A DNA stretch of 64,000 nucleotides from Oscillospiraceae bacterium. GTDB lineage: Bacteria; Bacillota; Clostridia; Oscillospirales; Ruminococcaceae. A program made the position numbers and the translations under genes. This document shows positions 57,261 through 64,000 of this stretch, piece by piece. The notes below the pieces were generated by a model, which worked only from the letters and a program-made list of their open reading frames with translations, did not search any database and was not told the DNA's origin. Position 1 is the stretch's first letter; each line of letters begins with the position of its first letter. Location of the stretch: positions 70,367 through 134,366 of the forward strand of contig CAADVD010000016.1 in assembly GCA_900752435.1 (NCBI GenBank). Reading direction: 5' to 3'.

Positions 57261-57752
57261 TTACCCGGCCACCAAGGCCGCAGCTATGCGCAGAAGGATT
57301 CGCAACGGTTTAGAAGCAACCGGCCCGGTGGCTTTACGCACCATGCCGAGAATCATATTCCAGTGTAGGCCGAGATGCAGGGCCATCAGCACAAATCCCC
57401 AAAATGCGGAAAGCACATGCAACGGCCTTGCCAGAGCGATACCGCCGGAAATCGGCAGGAAAGCGAAAACCTCTCTGGAAAGAATCATTCCGCTTACCAT
57501 TAAACCGAACATGGAGAGCAGTACAGCGAAATTTGTCACTGTCTGCAAAATGCGTATAGGCGTATATTTTCCTTTGAAAAGATGGCTATACCAGCTCCGG
57601 TTGAGAATATGATGGGCAATCCATAAAATAAGCATACCCGCTCCGAGCCATTCATGAGCGGAATCTCCGGTGAGCTGCCGCGCCATGAGGAACAGCAATA
57701 AGACCGTCATGATCAGATCCATGACGATTTTGCATATCCATTTTTTCTTCAT
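57261..57752 (-). CDS. 4-TM His-rich membrane protein (DUF4405-like, from memory)
   Basis: Four predicted transmembrane helices with conserved His (HEWLG, HHILN, HVLSAFW, HLGLHW). Start at MKKKW after GGGAGGAA. Confidence 0.55.
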   Translation of the reverse strand: MKKKWICKIVMDLIMTVLLLFLMARQLTGDSAHEWLGAGMLILWIAHHILNRSWYSHLFKGKYTPIRILQTVTNFAVLLSMFGLMVSGMILSREVFAFLPISGGIALARPLHVLSAFWGFVLMALHLGLHWNMILGMVRKATGPVASKPLRILLRIAAALVAG

Positions 57753-57823
57753 CAGAAACATTCCTCCCATTTGCAGATAAGAGCCTGCCTGTCAAACCAC
57801 GGGCAGGCCCTTACTTGTTATCA

Positions 57824-58582
57824 TTACTCGGCGGCCAAATTAAGACCATTCACCCAATCCACAACATCACTCTCTGCTCCTGATACACTGTTTCGGGAAA
57901 TAGAAAGACCGTCGGAAATAACGGTTGCGTTCGGCTGCAATTCCGAGATCGTCTGAATGGTTCTGGAAAATCCGCTTCCACCGTGAGTGGTAAATGGAAT
58001 AATGGTTTTGCCGCTGAAATCATATTCTTCAAGAAATGTATAGAGCGGCATCGGCAAGTCGGCATTCCAGTTCGGGTAGCCCAAGAAAATCACGTCATAG
58101 CTGTCGAGGTTTTCAATCTGTGTCGCAAGCTCTGGTCTGGCATTGTCGGCTTTTTCATTGTAGGCAAATTCCAAGAGGGGATCGTGCGTGGTCGGATATT
58201 CCTGCACCGTTTCAATGGCAAACAGATCGCCGCCCGTTTCGCGCTGAATCATTTGTGCAATGTACTCGTTATTTCCCAAGACCTCTCCGTTTACTGCTAC
58301 GCGACTTGCACCGGCTACGGTGTCCACGCCGTCCGTTTCCATGACGGAAAAATATGCAATCAGAATATTGCTGTTACCCGCTTCCGCAGTTTTCGCGCTG
58401 TCTGTGATGCTTTCCATTCTTTCTCCCGGACTTTCCACACTGCTGTCACCGGATTCCATTGTCGGAGCTTTGGACTCCGTTCCTGCTGATGTATCCTCCA
58501 CAGTATTTTGATTGCTGTTGCCACAAGCAGCCAGAGAAAGAACCAGCAGAGCAGAAAGAAGTATGGCTGTTAATTTTTTCAT
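57824..58582 (-). CDS. flavodoxin-like lipoprotein carrying a flavinylation-like DTVAGAS insertion in place of the FMN phosphate-binding loop
   Basis: Lipobox LSLAACG, and YFS followed by VMETDGVDTVAGASRVAVNGEVLG where paralogs have the YTGNT loop. The rest aligns with the flavodoxin lipoproteins at 59682 and 62031. Confidence 0.7.
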   Translation of the reverse strand: MKKLTAILLSALLVLSLAACGNSNQNTVEDTSAGTESKAPTMESGDSSVESPGERMESITDSAKTAEAGNSNILIAYFSVMETDGVDTVAGASRVAVNGEVLGNNEYIAQMIQRETGGDLFAIETVQEYPTTHDPLLEFAYNEKADNARPELATQIENLDSYDVIFLGYPNWNADLPMPLYTFLEEYDFSGKTIIPFTTHGGSGFSRTIQTISELQPNATVISDGLSISRNSVSGAESDVVDWVNGLNLAAE

Positions 58583-58621
58583 AGAATTTTGCTCCTTTAC
58601 TTTTTATTATCATGATCTATG

Positions 58622-59164
58622 TCAACAGATATTTTTACCCATCTGGTATGCTTCCTGCATTGCAGGATTTCTTTGAATATCGCCAAGCTGCCAAGCTCCA
58701 GCGCCATAGATAACGCCCATCTCTTTTGCTCCCGGCAGGCATTCGATGTAACCGCGCAGCCCGTCAACTGTCCGTTCCATAGCCGCCTTTTCATCGGCGG
58801 CAGTAGCGATCAGATAAAACTCTTTGTTTTCCAGACCGGCTTTCTGCGCTCCGCCCAAAGTACGGTCGATTATGGTTTTCATCTGCGCACACATGGTGTA
58901 GAAGTATACAGGAGTAGCCAAAACGATCACATCCGCATCCCGCATTTTCGCAATGACCGATTCCATATCATCCTGCTTCACACAATGTCCTAGCTTTTTA
59001 CAGGCATAGCAGGCGGAACAATAGTCAATGATGAGTTCCGCAAGCCGGATTTTATTCACCCGATTGCCCACTTCTTCCGCGCCTTTCATAAACTGATCGC
59101 AAAGCGTGTCTGAATTGCCGCTCTTACGGGGGCTGGACGAAATAATCAAAACATTTTTACTCAT
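58622..59164 (-). CDS. iron-sulfur flavoprotein / NAD(P)H-dependent FMN reductase family (cytoplasmic)
   Basis: Flavodoxin-like fold (LIISSSPRKSGNS) plus CxxCxxCx5C (CSACYACKKLGHC). Confidence 0.75.
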   Translation of the reverse strand: MSKNVLIISSSPRKSGNSDTLCDQFMKGAEEVGNRVNKIRLAELIIDYCSACYACKKLGHCVKQDDMESVIAKMRDADVIVLATPVYFYTMCAQMKTIIDRTLGGAQKAGLENKEFYLIATAADEKAAMERTVDGLRGYIECLPGAKEMGVIYGAGAWQLGDIQRNPAMQEAYQMGKNIC

Positions 59165-59669
59165 TTGCAGTCTGAACTCCTTCCTCATTCACTAATTCCA
59201 ATCGTACCGTTCCTGATTCATTTGCCATTGTTTCGGCTCCTGTTTCCGCATGGCCCAACGGAATTACCTCTACAATGGTCTGTTCATAAATATCATCGTA
59301 GAAAATCGCGAGGTCTGGCCCGGCGTTCCAGTAGCCAAAATCTCCAATCTCGTATTCCCTTGTTGTGGCTTCTACAGAGGAAAGGCGTTCCGGCAGCGTC
59401 ATGCCTTTTGCAAAACTGTTCCTTTCAATCAATGTCATTTCCAGCGGCAGCATTGTCACCAGATCGGCAGCAGCCCTCGAATCGTTTAATGTAATAACTA
59501 CCTCTGTATTTTCGGTAATCATTTTGATTTGAGTGCCTTCTACACTCTCATAGCTGCTATTTTCAGATACATCGAGCTCCCCTGTATCCTGCTGTCTGGC
59601 TACTCCACAGGCCGCCAGAGAACAAAGCATAAGGAAAAGCAGTCCGACGCTAAGTGCTTTTTTGAACAT
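59157..59669 (-). CDS. cyclophilin-like-fold lipoprotein
   Basis: Lipobox SLAACG, with ...ITLNDSRAAADLVTMLPLEMTLIERNSFAKG...GDFGYWNAGPDLAIFYDD... resembling the cyclophilin-like family commonly paired with flavodoxins (from memory). Confidence 0.55.
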   Translation of the reverse strand: MFKKALSVGLLFLMLCSLAACGVARQQDTGELDVSENSSYESVEGTQIKMITENTEVVITLNDSRAAADLVTMLPLEMTLIERNSFAKGMTLPERLSSVEATTREYEIGDFGYWNAGPDLAIFYDDIYEQTIVEVIPLGHAETGAETMANESGTVRLELVNEEGVQTANE

Positions 59670-59681
59670 AGGCTTTCTCCT

Positions 59682-60326
59682 TTATTCCATAAGTCCAAGC
59701 CCCTGAATCCACGGATCAATATCATTCAGATCATTTGCGGTAAGTCCTTCTGCAATCTCCGCATCCGGGCAAAGCTCACTGAAAATATGCAGGCTGTTGC
59801 CAATGTCGTCGCTGGAGCTTGTGCAGAAGGGGATGATCGTCTTACCCGAAAAATCATTCTCTGCAAGGAAAGTCGCTATCATGGCCGGAGCCTCATCCCA
59901 CCAGATCGGATAACCTACAAAAATCGTGTCGTATCCCTCAATACTATCCACGGACACAGTAATCTCCGGGTGTATGCCATCCAAAATTTCTGCCTCGGCT
60001 TCCTCCTGCAAATCTCCATATTCTTCTGTACGCTGAATCTCAGCCAAAGTGCCGCCAGTGTATTCCGCAATCATCTGCGCTACTTCTTCCGTGTTTCCTG
60101 TATAGGAAAAATATGCAATCAAAACATTTCCACCATTCGCTCCTGTCTCTGCGGTTTCCGGTTCTGTTGTTTCAGGTTCTTCTGTTTGCAGCGCCTCCGA
60201 TACAGTCTCGGTTTCGTCAGCCACAGAAGATGTTTCTGCAGAAGGGTTATTGTTACCGCAAGCTGCCAATACAAAGCTGAGAACCAACATTAAAGTAAGA
60301 AGTAAAATACTTTTTCTGATTTTCAT
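59682..60326 (-). CDS. flavodoxin-like lipoprotein (extracytoplasmic)
   Basis: Lipobox LAACG, acidic linker, YFSYTGNTE FMN loop and GYPIWW motif. Confidence 0.7.
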   Translation of the reverse strand: MKIRKSILLLTLMLVLSFVLAACGNNNPSAETSSVADETETVSEALQTEEPETTEPETAETGANGGNVLIAYFSYTGNTEEVAQMIAEYTGGTLAEIQRTEEYGDLQEEAEAEILDGIHPEITVSVDSIEGYDTIFVGYPIWWDEAPAMIATFLAENDFSGKTIIPFCTSSSDDIGNSLHIFSELCPDAEIAEGLTANDLNDIDPWIQGLGLME

Positions 60327-60348
60327 TGTGTACCATCCTTTCTCAAAA

Positions 60349-61296
60349 TCATTCTTTGTGTGTATTCAAATATTCCAAAATCCAGTCGATTGCCTGTCTG
60401 GCATCCTCACCCGAAAAGCCATGTCCGGCTCCCGGAAGCACTTCCAGCCGGGCAGAATCATAAGTCTCCACTGCTTTTTCCGAATAGGAGAGAGGAACAA
60501 TACTGTCGGCATCTCCATGAATCATAAGAACGTCCTTGTCATAAGCTGAAATTGCCTCATAAATATCATAATCCAACAAATTTTCTGCATAGGCGCGCCC
60601 TACTGTCATCCACATCAAATAATAAGTATCTGGAATGTCCTCCACGTTCTCAAACTGTTCTTTTGCGCGATCCACCAGCACAAAGGCCGGATACAAAAGA
60701 ATGGCACCTTTGATTTCTTCTTTGTTCGCAGCAGCGGTAATAGCCGATACTGCGCCACCCTGACTTGTTCCCATTAAGAACATATTTTCTTCGTCCACAA
60801 AAGGCTGCTCCTGTATCATGTGGATTACCGCTTCTAAATCTGCCTGCTCAGTGAAAATGGACATATCCAAAGTGGAGCCGTCGCTCCGGCTTCCCGGACT
60901 TCCTCCGCAAAAATCAAAGCAATAGACTACATATCCTTTCCCGGCAAAAGCTTCCGCAAATTGCGTTCCAACCTGATAATTACCTCCAAATCCATGAGAA
61001 AAGATAACCGCTGGCATTTTCTCTCCTGCGTTCTTCGGAACGTAGAGCAGTCCATAGATTTGGTTTTCATCCCGCCTTGCATAAAGCTCCTGTGTTTCAT
61101 ATTCGTAAACAGGCGTTTCCAATGTTGGAGTGTCATCAGTAGTCGATGCAGGCGCTGTCTCCGTCTTTTCTTCGCTTGCAGTATCACCAGCCTGCATTTC
61201 TGATGATGCGGAAGCCTCATGATTAACAGCACATCCGCTTAATATCAACAGTGGGAGCATAAGCATACAGAGTATAAGATAGATGCTTTTTCTCAT
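60349..61296 (-). CDS. alpha/beta-hydrolase lipoprotein
   Basis: Lipobox ILSGCA, nucleophile elbow GTSQGG, and a C-terminal His/Asp. Confidence 0.7.
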   Translation of the reverse strand: MRKSIYLILCMLMLPLLILSGCAVNHEASASSEMQAGDTASEEKTETAPASTTDDTPTLETPVYEYETQELYARRDENQIYGLLYVPKNAGEKMPAVIFSHGFGGNYQVGTQFAEAFAGKGYVVYCFDFCGGSPGSRSDGSTLDMSIFTEQADLEAVIHMIQEQPFVDEENMFLMGTSQGGAVSAITAAANKEEIKGAILLYPAFVLVDRAKEQFENVEDIPDTYYLMWMTVGRAYAENLLDYDIYEAISAYDKDVLMIHGDADSIVPLSYSEKAVETYDSARLEVLPGAGHGFSGEDARQAIDWILEYLNTHKE

Positions 61297-61308
61297 TTCC
61301 GCCTCCTG

Positions 61309-62019
61309 CTATTTGCTGCTCACCGTATATACCAACCGGATTCCATCACCTTTCAGTCGCTCTATATTCTTGAGCTGAAAGACTGCCGGATCACTTGGTG
61401 GAAGCATGGCTGATTTTTCAAACACCGTTACGGAATCCGGATTTCCATCCGCAGCCGGAGCAAGCAAAAGGCTTAGTTCATCCACTGCACCCTGCTGTAA
61501 AAATGTCCAGTTAATTGTGCCTCCGCCGCAGATCAACAACGTGCCAATGCCAAATAACCGGTACAACTTCTCCGCAACGATTTTGCTATCCAGCATTTCC
61601 GATCCGGCTAAAATATAGGACACTCCACGTTTACGAAGATAAGCTCGGTAAGCTGGTGCTGTACGCTCTGTCAATACTTCGATCACATGGGCGTCTGGCC
61701 TTCCAGCTTTTCGGAATATACCGGACTCCCATCCAATTTCTCCCTGTGTGTCTACAGAGACATAGTAAAGTGCCGCATCATTTTCCGCCACAAAGTCCCC
61801 GTCAGGAACCTCTGTCACAGAATCAAGCTCCGGCTTACGCCTCTGTGTAAATTCTTTCGTTGTTACCGTTCCATAAAGCCATGCATCCGCCTGATACTCT
61901 GAACGAATACGAGCATATTCCTCACTTACGGTCTGCGCCGTTTTGGTTCCCATGAACGCGCCTGTAATTTTCCCATCCAGCGCACTCAAGATGTGACAGA
62001 TCGTATATGGTCGCTCCAT
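61309..62019 (-). CDS. RibD C-terminal domain / dihydrofolate-reductase-like family protein
   Basis: ...ILSALDGKITG...GGGTINWTFLQQGAVDELSLLLAP... is typical of the RibD_C/DHFR-like reductases. Confidence 0.75.
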   Translation of the reverse strand: MERPYTICHILSALDGKITGAFMGTKTAQTVSEEYARIRSEYQADAWLYGTVTTKEFTQRRKPELDSVTEVPDGDFVAENDAALYYVSVDTQGEIGWESGIFRKAGRPDAHVIEVLTERTAPAYRAYLRKRGVSYILAGSEMLDSKIVAEKLYRLFGIGTLLICGGGTINWTFLQQGAVDELSLLLAPAADGNPDSVTVFEKSAMLPPSDPAVFQLKNIERLKGDGIRLVYTVSSK

Positions 62020-62030
62020 AATAACCTCCT

Positions 62031-63242
62031 TTATTCTACAAATCCATTCTCTGTCAGATAAGCAAGGATACCCTCCGTATCAGATGCCTCTGTAAACAGA
62101 CCATCATGGACATTCGCTCCCGCAGCGCTTTCCCGCACAAATCCCATAGAATTTTCAAACTGTTCTGTATCCATGGATGCGGACTGCGTGAAAGGATAAA
62201 CCTCAACACCGGAAAGATCGTAGTTTTCTAAAAATGTTCCGATAATCATCGGAGCCGTATGCCACCAGATGGGATAGCCCACGAAGACTGTATCATATTC
62301 TGAAATGGAATCCGGCAGATTGGCTATTTCCGGTCGGGCATTTTCGTCACGTTCTACCAACGCAACATCTCCACATTCTTCATAGTCTGTCGGATAGGGA
62401 ATCAGAGGTTCAAGCTCCAGCAGGTCGCCGCCAATCTGCTCCTGAATGTAGGTTGCCATTTTCTCCGTGTTTCCAGAGGTAGACCATGAGAAATATACAA
62501 TCAAAGTTTTTCCATTCTCACCAGATACCCCTGTTGCCTCTTTACCTTCCTCGCTTACAGTCGTTTCAGGTTTCGAAGGTTCAGCCTGAGTTTCATCACT
62601 GGGCTGCGCAGCATTCCCAGTCAACCCTAATTCTGAAAGCCATCCATCAATCTGGCTTGTTCCACTGATCCGTCTTTCCCCATATACTGCTAAGCCGTCA
62701 CAGGAATTAAGGAATGTTGGCATTGTTTCGTCAATGTCACTTCCGCCGCTGGTGCAGAACGGAATAATAAGTTTTCCTGTCAGATCATAGCTTTCCAAAA
62801 ACGTGTTGATGGGGGCCGGTGTTGCGTGCCACCATACCGGATAGCCCACAAACACAATGTCATATTCCTCCATGTTTTCCACTGTATCCGTCAAAGCTGG
62901 CCGTTCATTTCCCCTGATTTCACGATTGGATTCCATATATACATTGGAATAGCCATCCTGCGGGGTTATCTCAAACAAGTCGCCGCCAGTTTTTTCGCTG
63001 ATTGCATTTGCAATGTTTTTTGTTGTCCCGGAATAGGAAAAATAAGCAACCAGCACTTTTATGTCGGATTGAGAAAGGATTTCCTCCCTCACTTCCTCAA
63101 CCTGCGAATCATTCAAAGAATTGTCCGTCAAACTTCTGAACATTGCAGGGTAACGGTAAATGTTGTACCCTACGAAAGCGAGGGCAAGAATAACGATCAC
63201 TGCGATTACCGCAATGAAACCTTTTTTACGCTTCATTGTCAT
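62031..63242 (-). CDS. membrane-anchored tandem (double) flavodoxin-like protein
   Basis: N-terminal transmembrane anchor, then two flavodoxin modules (YFSYSGTTK...GYPVWW and YFSWSTSGNTEK...GYPIWW) joined by an acidic linker. Confidence 0.7.
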   Translation of the reverse strand: MTMKRKKGFIAVIAVIVILALAFVGYNIYRYPAMFRSLTDNSLNDSQVEEVREEILSQSDIKVLVAYFSYSGTTKNIANAISEKTGGDLFEITPQDGYSNVYMESNREIRGNERPALTDTVENMEEYDIVFVGYPVWWHATPAPINTFLESYDLTGKLIIPFCTSGGSDIDETMPTFLNSCDGLAVYGERRISGTSQIDGWLSELGLTGNAAQPSDETQAEPSKPETTVSEEGKEATGVSGENGKTLIVYFSWSTSGNTEKMATYIQEQIGGDLLELEPLIPYPTDYEECGDVALVERDENARPEIANLPDSISEYDTVFVGYPIWWHTAPMIIGTFLENYDLSGVEVYPFTQSASMDTEQFENSMGFVRESAAGANVHDGLFTEASDTEGILAYLTENGFVE

Positions 63243-63248
63243 CTCTCC

Positions 63249-64000
63249 TTACATACATTCCATCAGAATCTGATAAATTTCCTCCCGGTCAAGTTCGCGG
63301 GGATTGCACTTAATGATATTGCAGGTATCAGCCACCTGCCGCAGTACCTCCGGCGTAATTTCCACCGTGGATTTGAGCTGACTCATTTTGGTAGGAAGCC
63401 CGCACTCTTTGATAAAGTTTTCCAGAGCGTCTACACCAGCTTCGGCAGTATCTACATCGAAAACAACCTTTGCCAATCGAGTAAATTTGTCCGGCGCATC
63501 CTTTACGATGTGGCGGTAATAGGCGGGATGGATCACCGCAAGCCCCTGCCCGTGGTTACAATCTGTATAAGCGCCCAACTGATGCTCAATCTGATGTGCC
63601 TGAAAATCAGTCAAGCGGCCACATTTCAAAATCCCGTTTTCCGCCATGGCAGAGTCCCACATCAAATTGCTCCGAGCCTGCCTATCATTGATATTTTCCA
63701 GCAGACGGCGCATATTGACCACAGTGTTGCGCATGATTGCCAGCGCCACATCATCTGACACATTATCTTCATCGGAGGTTCCGAGATAGGTTTCCATCGC
63801 ATGGCTCAGCGTATCAAAAGCGCCGGAGAGCACCTGCATGGGCGGCACCGACATGGTATAAGCCGGATCAAGAACAGCAAAGGAGGCTGCGGTTCCAAAA
63901 ACTGGCCCTTTCCACTTTTTCTCCTCATAAGTAATCACCGCACCAGCGTTCATTTCCGCGCCGGTGCCGGAAGCCGTCACAACCGCACCCATCGGAATCC
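63249..64000 (-). CDS. iron-containing alcohol dehydrogenase, C-terminal part (gene runs past window end)
   Basis: Fe-ADH signature region ...GxxH...H... (AYTDCNHGQGLAVIHPAY). The N-terminus is outside the window. Confidence 0.8.
   Translation of the reverse strand, partial: IPMGAVVTASGTGAEMNAGAVITYEEKKWKGPVFGTAASFAVLDPAYTMSVPPMQVLSGAFDTLSHAMETYLGTSDEDNVSDDVALAIMRNTVVNMRRLLENINDRQARSNLMWDSAMAENGILKCGRLTDFQAHQIEHQLGAYTDCNHGQGLAVIHPAYYRHIVKDAPDKFTRLAKVVFDVDTAEAGVDALENFIKECGLPTKMSQLKSTVEITPEVLRQVADTCNIIKCNPRELDREEIYQILMECM

Noticed and set aside
1-64000. tRNA, rRNA, transposase or integrase genes
   Set aside because: No cloverleaf-like GC-rich 75-nt segments, no rRNA-like conserved blocks and no DDE or tyrosine-recombinase motifs were seen in any frame.

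Overview
This 64-kb window reads as a Firmicutes (Clostridia-like) chromosome segment of roughly 55-58% GC, with almost all genes on the minus strand. The core is a set of conserved housekeeping blocks. (1) Na+-translocating decarboxylase beta and gamma subunits. (2) A block whose gene order matches the Bacillus subtilis yloC...thiN region: thiamine pyrophosphokinase, rsgA, prkC, prpC, rlmN, rsmB, a Zn-metallopeptidase, fmt, def, priA, coaBC, rpoZ, gmk, remA and yicC. (3) radA, an Amidase_3 gene, a tautomerase and ptsH. (4) The SRP/ribosome-maturation operon ylxM-ffh-rpsP-KH-rimM-trmD. (5) A complete ribD-ribE-ribBA-ribH operon behind a clear FMN riboswitch with its promoter and attenuator hairpin. 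(6) PBP1A, an AraC regulator with galK-galT, an ArsR regulator, pdp, glyA, a GtrB-like GT2 gene and a MarR regulator. Two lower-GC accessory islands carry the unusual content. Island 1 (about 39.6-47.2 kb) holds a perR-rubrerythrin operon with an autoregulatory palindrome, followed by a tightly coupled operon of an FMN-binding/4Fe-4S protein, a macrodomain protein and a SIR2-family gene (a SirTM-like macro+sirtuin pair that lacks the canonical GcvH-L/LplA2 partners). Downstream of it, three direct copies of the sirtuin 3' end bracket a Schlafen/AlbA_2-type regulator gene and a ParE/RelE-AbrB toxin-antitoxin module whose toxin carries an in-frame stop. Island 2 (about 55.8-64 kb) is a cluster built around the flavin transferase ApbE (lipoprotein): a DUF4405-like membrane protein, three extracytoplasmic flavodoxin-like lipoproteins or anchored proteins (one a tandem double flavodoxin), a cyclophilin-like lipoprotein, an alpha/beta-hydrolase lipoprotein, an iron-sulfur flavoprotein, a RibD_C/DHFR-like reductase and a partial Fe-ADH. 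In one of the flavodoxins the FMN phosphate-binding loop is replaced by an ApbE-type flavinylation-like motif (DTVAGAS). No rRNA, tRNA, CRISPR array, transposase or integrase genes were recognised.
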